This document shows positions 1 through 10,679 of a stretch of DNA of 64,000 bases, piece by piece. The position numbers and the translations under genes were made by a program. Source of the DNA: Bigelowiella natans CCMP2755 (Eukaryota; Protista; Cercozoa); contig ADNK01000698.1 in NCBI GenBank assembly GCA_000320545.1, positions 6,286 through 70,285 of the forward strand. Reading direction: 5' to 3'. Below the pieces are notes generated by a model that saw only the letters and a list, made by a program, of their open reading frames with translations, was not told the origin of the DNA and ran no database searches. The first letter of the stretch is position 1. Every line of letters starts with the position of its first letter.

Positions 1-88
1 CTGATGATGCGGTAAGTTAATCACAATCCCTTTGTAATCATCTTATCATCGTCATCATGACTCTCCTCATGTATTTCTAATTTTTTGC

Positions 89-173
89 AATAATGATGTT
101 GTTACGTATCATCATCCCTCAATCAGGCCAATAATAATGATGTTGTTGTGTATCATCATCCCTCAATCAGGCC
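89..173 (+). repeat. ~44 bp tandem duplication including a 3' splice acceptor
   Basis: aataatgatgttgtt(ac/gt)gtatcatcatccctcaatcaggcc occurs twice in tandem. Confidence 0.9.
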
Positions 174-1921
174 GAAGAGCGATCTGAAACTGTTGGTAAA
201 TTAGTTAAGTACCAACAGCGCCTACTACTACGAGAGAAAGACGGTGCAGGAGGAGAAGGAAGAGGAGGAAGACGAATAAGAAGAAGAGAGGCGGCAACTA
301 CGGAGTCCTCCTCCTCTTCCTCTTCCTCCTTATCCCCATCATTCAGTATTGACAAGTTCATGGTCGAAGTAGATGATCTTACCTCCTACATGGCATGGGT
401 TAACTATCATCATAAAAACATCATAATAACAATAATAACAACAATTACAACAGCAAGAATAGCTAGTGGCTAAATATTTGTCTGATTAGAACTTACCATA
501 TATCTGTCTGCATCATCGTCATCGTCCAAGTAGTTGTCTCCTACATGCTCTTTTTGTTGAGGGAGTAGCATGGTGACGCATGATTCGATTAGCTCAAACC
601 GCAATTGGCAACTTCGAACTCCCGCTTGTCTCTCCCCCCTTTTTTCCTTATCTACGAGCGCCACATCATCGTCATGGTCACCATGCATTGTCCCCGTTGC
701 TGTTGCGTTCCTAAACTCACAATGCCACATTGTGCGTTTTGGACTACTACTCAGGGGATGGGAAGGAAGAGGAAGAGTGCTAGGAGCATTGCTGTACAAG
801 AGTACGAAGCAGCAGCCTCATCGATGCCCCCCCTCCCGCGCCGGATGAGTTCTTCGAAGGAAGAAGACGTTGGAAGACGACAAGGCGCAAAGGTCATACT
901 GAAGAGCTTGAGTGAGTAGCATGGTGACGCATGATTCGATTAGCTCAAACCGCAATTGGCAACTTCGAACCCCCGCTTCTCTCTCCCCCCTTTTTTCCTT
1001 ATCTACGAGCGCCACATCATCGTCATGGTCGTCAACGACATGGTCACCATGCATTGTCCCCGTTGCTGTTGTGTTAGCGCAAGTCCCTGCCCTCTCTACA
1101 TCGCGAGGTCATCGATCTGACCAAGGCGGACAAGAGGAGAGAGAAAAGACAAAGAAAAGAAAGGAACCTTTCCGAACGAAGCGGAGCAAATGCAGGGAAA
1201 AATGAACGGAAGAAGGAATTGTGCGAGGAATTTCTCGAGCGTGGAAAGTGCTCATCGGGGCCTTGGTGTCCCTTTGCCCATCCCCCAAATCTCAAGGTTC
1301 TCATGCAAAAAGGAGCCTTCTTGTGAGTGAGAAGCCATGTAGTTCCTGCAACAGCGCGTTGTTCGATGTTTAGTGTTCAATGAAATTGATTTGTAGGGAA
1401 AGACTGTAGAATGTTGGAGTTAGGCTCTGGATGTGATTCCCTTGAATCGTCTCTTCTCTTCTTCCTGAACTCACAATGCCACATCATGCGTTTTGAACCA
1501 CTACTCAGGGGGTGGGAAGGAAGAGGAAGAGTGCTAGGAAAATGCTGGACACGTATCCAGCAGAGGAAAAACGCCATTGCCCGCACAAAAGGTGTGCTCC
1601 TGTCATCATTCTCTGTTCTTCTCTCTCTTCGTTTGCCTTTCGTCCCACGATGCGAATGATGAGCACACGGCTGTGACATGGCAGGCGTTCAAACGAGGTT
1701 TAGCCGATTTGAGCAGTTGCGTCGTGTGCAAGGATGCGTTGGTACTGGACGCAGCGACAGCTCTCACCAGCAGGAGTCTCATCTCCATGCGGAACCCAGC
1801 AAACATCCATGTGCCCAACCCGTGCGATGATGCACACCGCGCTCTCAGTTCTTCAGGTTAATGATTTGAATGCTTTGCAATCGTCTGTGTGCCACTACCA
1901 CTACCACTACGACTACTACTA

Positions 1922-1955
<34 letters not shown>

Positions 1956-2124
1956 GACCACTATTACTACGACTACCACTACTACGACTACTACGACGAC
2001 TACTACTACTACTACTGCTACTACGACGACCACCACTACTACTACGACTACTACGACGACTACTACTACTACTACTGCTACTACGACGACCACCACTACT
2101 ACTACGACTACTACTGCTACTGCG

Positions 2125-2157
<33 letters not shown>

Positions 2158-2256
2158 GCTACTACTGTTACTACTACTACTACTGCTACTACTGCTACTA
2201 CGACTACTACTGCTACTACTACTACGACTACTACGACGACTACTGCTACTACTACG

Positions 2257-2290
<34 letters not shown>

Positions 2291-3399
2291 TAACAACTAC
2301 GAACCAGATGTTGTTTTCAATTTGGCTAGGTGTTTGCACAGCACACCATTGCTCTCTTTCTGAATTTCTCTCCAAATGTGCCGATGGAGCTGGGCCTCGG
2401 CGATTTGGGACGATCTATCTCGACTACTGCAGCAACATGAAAAGCAGAAGGGTGAGTGCACACGAGTGCATTAACAACACTAGAGAGCATGTAGTATGTT
2501 TACGAAATGGTGTTACGGTGGTGGTGGCATTGGCCACAACGATGAATGATGACAATGTCCAAATTGTAACGCCTTCTCTCACAACGGTTCCGATTGCAAT
2601 TTTCCTTTCCAAAAATTTTTCCAGCAAATTGCACCACTACTTTTTCTGGCCAAATGAACTCCTGATGTCTTTCCTGTCCATGCCGCTGCGGTCTGCTGCA
2701 TTTTGACAAAATAGTTTAGCACCACTCCTGAGGAGGACCTCAAGAAGCTCTTCTCTCTAGAGCTGCTGTCGCCTGAAGGTTGCGTCTTGGCCATCACATT
2801 GTTGAAGCCTCCCGATGATGCTTACTACGAGGTGAGAGGGGGACACATGCAGCATGCATGTGGGGATGTTTGTCATTGGAGTTTTGTGTGGATTGATCTA
2901 GGCAGACAATCTGTCATGGGAAGATGGTTGTTTCTGTTGCTAGTCAGTGTAGACAGAGACATGGAACATGGTTAGACGTAGATGGACAAAAGACAAATAG
3001 ACACATGAGATGACAGACAAAGGATGCACATGAGAGGATGGACCTACGTTGACGGTTCATTTCTGAATCGTTTTTGTGAAGCTCTAACTTGGAGAGCGTT
3101 TCTCCGTGTTAATCGTCCAAATCCATCTTAGCTAGGTAGCTAAGACTGATCATTTCATCACTTCGGACATATCAGAGCCAGTTCTGCAAGCTGAGAAACC
3201 TTTTGACAATTCTGTGCGTGGAGCACAAGCTTGCTTTCCTCGTGCACGATGTCCACAACAGGTGGTGGTGCTCTTTCTTCTCCCATTTTTCCATCGACGA
3301 CTCTCAATCCATTGCTTGTCTTTTCCAATCACTTTCCAACACATTGGAGGTTCGATCCCTGGCTGCTGCTTTCGATCACTCATTCTTGTTCTCGATGTG

Positions 3400-3434
<35 letters not shown>

Positions 3435-4585
3435 AGCAGTGGTGGTGGTAGTAGCAGTCGTCGAAGTAGTCGTAGTAGTAGCAGTGGTAGTAGTCATAGT
3501 AGTAGTCGTCGTAGTAGCAGTGGTAGTAGTAATGGCCGTAGCAGTAGTCATAGTAGTAGTAGTAGTCGTAGTAGTAGTCGTAGTAGTAGTAGTAGTAGTA
3601 GTAGTCGTCGTAGTAGTCGTAGTAGTAGTAGCAGTGTTCGTAGTAGTAGTAGTCATATTAGTAGTAGTAGTCGTAGTAGTAGTAGTAGTAGTAGTAGTAG
3701 CAGTCGCAGTCGTAGTGTAGTAGTAGCAGTCGTAGTAGTAGTGGTAGTCGTCGTAGCAGTAGCAGTCGTGGTAGTAGTAGTAGTCGTAGTAGTAGTAGTA
3801 GTAGTATTAGTAGTAGCAGTAGTAGTAGTAGTCGTAGTAGTGGTAGTAGTCGTCGCAGTAGCAGAAGAAGTGGTAGTAGTGGTAGTCGTAGTAGCAGTGG
3901 TAGTGGGTAGTAGCAGCAGTCGTGGTAGTAGCAGTAGTCGTCGTAGTAATAGCAGCAGTAGTGGTAGCAGTAGCAGTCGTAGCAGTAGCAGTTGTCGTCG
4001 TAGCAGTGGTAGTGGTAGTGGTAGCAGTAGTCGTAGTTGTAGTCGTAGTCGTGGTGGCAGTAGTCGTAGTGCACTTGCCACCAGCACCATCATCGCACTT
4101 TCACTCCTCCTCTCCTCCTTCCATCTCCATCTCCTCCCACTGCTCTGCTGCTGCCACTGCTGCTACTGGCACTGATGCTGCTGCTGATGCTGGCTGCTGC
4201 TCCTGTTGCTGCTGCTACCACCACTGCCACTTGTGCCCGATCCTGTTTCTGCAGGTACGGCGACTTCTTGACAGAGTTTTACATCATCGGAACTCAGGAT
4301 TCAGTGGGAAAGCTTGTTGCGCAAAGAAGAAAGAGAGGGCAAAGAAAAAAAAGTGGGCAAAGAAGAAAAAGAGGGCAAAGAAGAAAAAGAAGAAGACAGT
4401 CACCTACCAACGCTCAAAGTCAAAACGTTGGCAGCACGCACAAACCTCGGCGGAGCGAATCTGCCCACATCGCTTCTCCTTCCAAAAAGAAGAAGACGCC
4501 CCCCCCTGTCCCCGTCCGCATGGAATCTCTGCTGAGGGGAGTCCGCTTCCAAGTGAAGAACAACATCGGTGTCGCTGATCGTTGA
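171..4585 (+). CDS. Spliced gene (5' end unresolved or outside window): CCCH zinc finger + class I SAM-dependent methyltransferase-like domain + basic C-terminal tail
   Basis: Exon 1078-1322 encodes CEEFLERGKCSSGPWCPFAH (C-x8-C-x5-C-x3-H). Later exons splice in frame: ~1650-1856 (ALVLDAA..IHVPNPC), 2330-2451 (FGTIYLDYC), ~2715-2831 (LLSPEGCVLAITL), ~3176-3261, ~4256-4585 (YGDFLTEFYIIG, K/R-rich tail, TGA). Exon phases upstream of 1078 and the acceptor near 1649 are not cleanly resolved. Confidence 0.55.
563..790 (+). repeat. Composite local duplication: 563-~705 copies intron ~915-1070, and ~709-786 copies ~1463-1540
   Basis: Near-identical blocks gagtagcatggtgacgcatgattcg...ccccgttgctgttg and aactcacaatgccacat...gggaaggaagaggaagagtgctagga. 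Confidence 0.9.
1893..2300 (+). repeat. Degenerate (TAC)n intronic microsatellite
   Basis: ~400 bp of TAC units with GAC/TGC/CAC variants. Confidence 0.97.
3432..4070 (+). repeat. Degenerate (GTA)n intronic microsatellite, the reverse complement of the 1893-2300 repeat unit
   Basis: ~640 bp of GTA units with GCA/GTG/GTC variants. Confidence 0.97.
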
Positions 4586-5965
4586 AATTGATTGCTGTGT
4601 TGGGGCGTGGAAAGGATTGAAAATAAAAGCGGACCTGTTTGTGCATTGATGGTGATGTGGAATGAACGCGTCTTCGTTTGTTTGTGCTAGCGTTTGTTTC
4701 TGCCTCAATCGATGTGTGCACGTGTGTGACGTTCACGCAAAAAGTGCGCACGCGCACTGAACCGAGTGCGCTTCTTGCCAACAATGCTGGAAAGGGCGGA
4801 GAGCACTTCTAGACTTGTGCATTTACTGTTGCAATCTTTTGTCAAATCGATGGCACCTGCTAGCCTGCTAGCCTGGTTCAGTGACGTCTGCACAGTTGTG
4901 TGAGACACGATGGAAAAAGGTGAGCGGGGAGGACAGGGAAGTTGTTGGAACAAAATCGTGCGATCAGAGACGGTGGCAACGCAAGTCTGGCTAGCTGGGT
5001 GCCTGGAGAACGGCGCAGCTGGCTGCTGGCCAGTTGTCAACACCCGAATTGTCCAGTGCTAGAGTGGTGTCGGACGTGCCAGGAGAACGGACGTGTGACA
5101 GCTTGCCAGCTCACCTCGTGATGAAACTCTCGTCTGGGTGGCTGGTCATCCACCTGGCAATGTGATGACGCAAGCTGCCAGACTGGAAAGTTCGTGTTTT
5201 CGTTGTGCGTCATGCGGCCAGGTTCAGCAGCTCCAGAGCTAGCTAGCTAGCTAGCTGGCAATTTGGCTAGCTGGGTGGCCAGCGCCAGTTGGACGCAACA
5301 GTTCAGACAATGCGTGTCGTTTCTCTGATGCGCACGCCAGCGTGGTGGCACGGTGCAATGGAACCATTCTGCATTGTTGGTTTCGTCTCTGGATCCATCC
5401 ACGATGACTGTTGTTGCGCCTGGAACAAGCTGGCAAGCTAGCAAGCTAGCAAGGTCCAGCAGGTCTGGCTACCTGACCAGCTGGAGGTGCGCTGACAACG
5501 CGACCAGAACGCTGCAACGCTGGAACGCAGCCAGCTGACGCGTGCTGGTCTGGTCAATTGCCAGCTGGCCAGCCTAGCAGCCTCCACAACAAGACAAGTC
5601 TGCAACTCTGGAACTGCGCAAACTAGCAAACCAGACGAAGGACGGCTGCGCGCAACGTGATTCCTAGCTAGCTAGCTCCAGCTGGCTGAGCTGGTGGCTG
5701 CCAGAGCTAGCTAGCCAGCTAGGCACACACAAACATTGCTAGATTGGCACGTCTGTGGCTCTGTGGCTGCATCTGCACCATTCTTAGCATTTCTGCATGC
5801 CAGCACATTTGTTCGTCCAGTCCGCTAGTCCGTGAAGGCAGGTCATCATGCTGAACACACATGCCAGCATGCAACAACACTGATGTCTTCAGTTGTGCAA
5901 AGGAAATGTTCCGACATTTGCTCATCAACACAAAACGTGTCGTGCATTCACAAAATCGTTGATTG

Positions 5966-8900
5966 TCATTCTTCCTCCTCATCACTGCTGCTGCTGCCGT
6001 CATCGTTGCTTTTGTTCTTTGAATCATCCTTGAGATGCATTGTTTCATGCAATGGAATGATTCTCCAGAGCTTCGAGTCGCCTTCAAGAAGCACCTAATG
6101 TCAAGCATGTCGATCATGCTTAGTGATCGCGCGAGGCAATCATTTGAACTGCAATGAAATGCAAAAGCAGAACAGAGAGCATTGTGTGTTGGGGAAAACT
6201 GAAGTCGAAACTAATTCCTTTCAGTGTTCTAACTCCTATTGAAGAAGCGACAGTGCTACCTTTGCGACGAAAAGTTCGACATTGCTAAGAGTCTCTGGCG
6301 AGTAATTGGCTTTGGCCAAGATGTGGTACTTGAGGTACACGTACGCCCAGATGCTGTGCTCTACGGTGATGTGGTGGATGAAGCCTTTGTGGTTACGGGA
6401 CTGATCGAAAGCGTGATGCCCCTTGCGGCAGATGACACACTTTGTTGTTACTTCCTCAAGCACCTGAGATTAGCCAAAAACCGTTTTTTAAAAAACAATG
6501 TAGTGGTGGAAGCTGCATAGTAACTCAGTTTCAACAGCAGCTACATGCGTGCACGTGAAAATGATACGCCCTTTTGAGTTTGGTTGGGTGTAAAATCAAA
6601 TACCCCACCAAGATGGTGGGGGAAAAATAATGAAACATCTCCAACTACAGATGTTACGTCAACCCGAAGAGAAAATACCTGATCTCTCGTTTCGCGCATC
6701 TCCGCGAATGTATCGATTATGATACCGGTGATAATAGACACCAAGATGGTGTTGATGGTAAGGAAGTAAATGAGATTGAACAACGGCGTGATGACGGGCA
6801 CAGGGTCTCGAGTGAAGACAGGGGTGTTCCGGAAGCCAAGATCCACAGCTCTCTGAACGCATCCCCACAACGTGTCGCACATGAAGACAAGATCATCGTC
6901 GACATTGTATACGATCTGGTCGCTGTTGATGAAAAGCAAGAGGCCACAATCAGGTGCCGAGGAGGATGCGAATGCTGAAAAACTAAAAAACGATTCCCTG
7001 ACCTGAAAAACACGAAGATGATGACAGCGAAGCCATAGACAAAGATGAGACCCATGAACACTGTCGCTAACAGCCTCAGATAGTGTCGATTCGTGACGAG
7101 CAAGATGTCCTTCAGGTGCGAGGAATAGGTGATGATATCAACGAGGTGAAAGGCATTCCACATGGGCGTGTGTACAGCAGCAAGAATCGCAAAGATTCCG
7201 TAGACGACGTAATATTTTATCATAGAGAGCCCCAGGGCGCGACGTGTAAGCGTGGTATAACGCCTGAGCTTTTGCACGAAGCTCTCATTATTCTGCCGCA
7301 GCCGCATCTTGTCAAGTGCAAAACCTGTGTGATGAAACCCATGATCGTCATCATCACCGACCTCATCATTTTATCATTTACCAACGGGAATTGCAGTAGC
7401 CTTTCCGTTGCCGACATTCGTTGTCGGAGGCTCCTCGTAATAGTTCGCAAGGCCATTCGAGAGACCCCAAGACACCACCTGGAACACCACCGATGTTGAA
7501 CATTTTCATGCCACACGGACGAAAGCGAGCGCATCCATGACAGCGTGAAGGAAGGAATGAGAAGACATCAACGGCTATGATGGTGACTACCATGAGCGTA
7601 GCAAATCCAAGATGAAAGAACGAGAGAAGACGAAAGACTAAGGAGTACGGATAGCAGCCTTTCTTCTCCTCATCGGAGCCTATCAGCTGAATGCCGTCGA
7701 AACCCAGCCGACAGGTTGCCGTGCCTGTACAACAAACAGTATCACAAATAGGGGGGGAGGTGGGAGAGTGAGTAGGGAGTAGAAAATCTTTTTAGATTTA
7801 GCTACTTTCTAACAACAGGCGGCTCAGTGCTGCACCCCCTCTTTCCTTTGTAACGAAGTTCGCAAGATAACACATCAAACACAACCGACCGAGGATGCGG
7901 AACTCGAAGAATTCGTCTTGGACGGTATCTGTTGTCCCCCAGCTTATCAGCAGCCCATTGATGATAAGCACCACGCAATACGTGATGATCCATAACTCGT
8001 CAAAGTGACCTCGGAGAAAATGAGTCATTTGAACCACCTGCACAAACAACAGCACCAAGAAGTTAGCAAAGGTCTATGTTTTTATCAAGATGAGTTTCAT
8101 CTGATCTCTTACCATATTACAGGTGCAGAATAACACTTGCTCTCAACTCTGCCCTCTCCCCTTCCCTCTCCCATTTCATGACATCAAGTGCTTGTAGCAA
8201 CTTACGTTCTTCTCGTGCTCCTCGAAACCAAAATTTCGAAGAAAGTTTGGCATCCGCACGTTGTGAAACTCGGAAATTTTCCACAATTGCGCCGATTTTT
8301 GCATGAGGTCGATGATGCGTTTGTCGTGGCGCTTCTCTCCGATTCTGACGCAGGAATCGCGGATCTGGCGTTTCATTTCGACGGCACTACCAGTCTCACC
8401 CAACGTAAAGAACCAAGGCTTTAAGAAGAAAACACGCTCGTTGCGCTCATGATGCCCGTTGTTGAGTTTCACCTCGCATTGCATTAGCATTTGTTCGAGA
8501 TAATACCTTGAAAATAAAAAAAGAGGGAAGGGGAGAGATTGCGGAGACTCATTAATATCGACGAGACCAGAACAATGTCGATGACTACCTAAAAAAATGA
8601 TGTAAGGCACATGGTGTAGATCGACAACACCCACGCAAAACACAGCATCTTCCTAACCATCCACACTCCCGACGGGAGAAACGACAAAATAAAGGAGGAG
8701 GAGGAGGAGGAGGGGGAAGAGGAGGAAAAACTCGAAAACCGAACATATATCTGCCAATATGCGCTCATCGCTTCACTCACTGCGGCTCGATCTTCGGGTT
8801 ATACTTCCATTCCGAGACTTTCTGCTTCCAACGGGACAGGTAGGTCGACACGTTCTTCACCTTCGACTTGTCTGAGGCCTCCACCACCGTGGTCAGGTAG

Positions 8901-10496
8901 GCGAAGTGCTCGAGGATGAGATCTAGGTGCTTCGATTGCGTGAGCGACTTGATATCCGCACTGTCTTTCTCCAACAGCGCTTGCTTTTGGCACTCACTGT
9001 GGAAGGAGAGGAGATTGTAAACCGTGCGAATGGGCGTGAGGCGACTCCCTGGCCGAGATCTTGCAGCGGCCTCTCGCTGCGCGGAGATGCTGTCTTTGTT
9101 CAACAGTGATGCTTGGAACGCAATCGTTTTCGCGTTTTGGCCGTCTATAACAGATCGCAGCAGACGCATGATATGGAGCTCGAGGTCATGCAGCTGATAT
9201 CTCAACTCTTCTTTCTCCTTTCTTTTCATCTCCAAGAGTTTCTTCTTTTTCTTCTGCCTTCGCCTATTATCGGCTCGGCTTGGCGCGCGTGTTCGACGCG
9301 GCGTGTTTGACGTTCCCATCCTACCGGGAGGGGTAGATCCATCGCGTCCTCCTCTATATCCCCCGCCATACCCATTATGTGGCGAGCTTTTCATCTCGTA
9401 CATTTCGATTCCTTTGCGAGTGGGCGTCTGGGGTGTCATCGTCGGCTTTGAGACTTCAAGTCTAAGGTCTTTACTGTACATATCGTCCTTAGCAGTCACC
9501 GCTGGTGTGGCACCCACAGCTGTGCTCACTATCTCAAAATCGGCGGTGCCAGTTGTGGGGGCGGTCTCAATCGTCGCATCGCTTCTTGGAGGATACCTTT
9601 GTATTTGTTAATGCTCTCATGAAGGCAGTGATATGCGTTGAATGTCGAAGAATGTGTGATATGTCATTTGATTCGTGTTTGTTTGCATGTGCATGTGCAG
9701 GTATTCACACGTGCCTGCAAAAAATCACGCTAGCGTGCCTACATGTGCACAGCAGATGGATTTGTACCGACACTATCGAATGCAAAAATGTAGTCCAGGA
9801 AGACCATCCCACATAGCCCGCCCCCCCGCCCACATGATATAAACTTTTTCAACAACAATTCAAGTATGCACGCTGCTTTACTTATTTTTCAGCATATTCC
9901 CGTCGTCCTCCATGCCTTCATCGTCGTCGTCATCGCCATCGTCGTTGTCACTGTTGTCTTTCGCACTACACTTGTGGCAGTGATCCCCATCTCCCGTCTT
10001 CATCTTCTTCTTCATGGAAGTTTCAGGGAAACCAATCTTCAAGTACTTCATCAGACACATCCTCAGCATCTCATAGCAAGCGTCAAGAAGGTGCGGCTGA
10101 GTGCCAATTAAGTTTTGATTCGAAGTGTTTGGCCCGTAGCAGACTTCACTGAGAACCTTTTGATGTGTTGCATGTGTTGCATGATCCAAACAATTCATAC
10201 ACGTGCACGTGTACACATTGCATTCCCCAAGCACCCCTTACCCCCCTCCTCTTTTACAAAAAATGGAAGGAGCGCATCAGCAGTAAATTTATAATCACGT
10301 CTGTCTGCGACGGGCTTTGGATTGAAATAAATGAACATATTTTCCTCCGGTGAAACAATGCTGTGACCCACCCTAAGAGCGTTCCGCATGAGCTGGAGCG
10401 ATGTTGATTGGAGTGTTGCAGTGGTCTCTGAGTTGATTACTGTGTCAACAAGCTCTCCGTGTGTCACGGCAATAAACCAGGTGACCTAAATATATG

Positions 10497-10531
<35 letters not shown>

Positions 10532-10636
10532 AATAGAATTTAATATCATCAACACTTGTCCGCGCTACTCGTGCTTTCATGATTAGGAGAACAAATGGTA
10601 CTGTAGGTATTATAAGCCTCCTCCTATTTACTACTA

Positions 10637-10679
<43 letters not shown>

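Noticed and set aside
563-1075. Introner or transposon family
   Set aside because: Only two adjacent copies, no TIRs or TSDs seen, and no match to other introns in the window. Better explained as a local duplication.
1734-2706. Long poly-Tyr/Thr/Leu/Val ORFs
   Set aside because: Artefacts of translating an intronic trinucleotide repeat bounded by GT..AG.
3150-4175. Long poly-Ser/Val/Thr ORFs
   Set aside because: Same cause: the (GTA)n intron repeat.
4681-6180. Classical fungal RIP or simple global CpG decay
   Set aside because: RIP increases TpA, whereas TpA is depleted here. Non-CCGG CpG sites remain plentiful.
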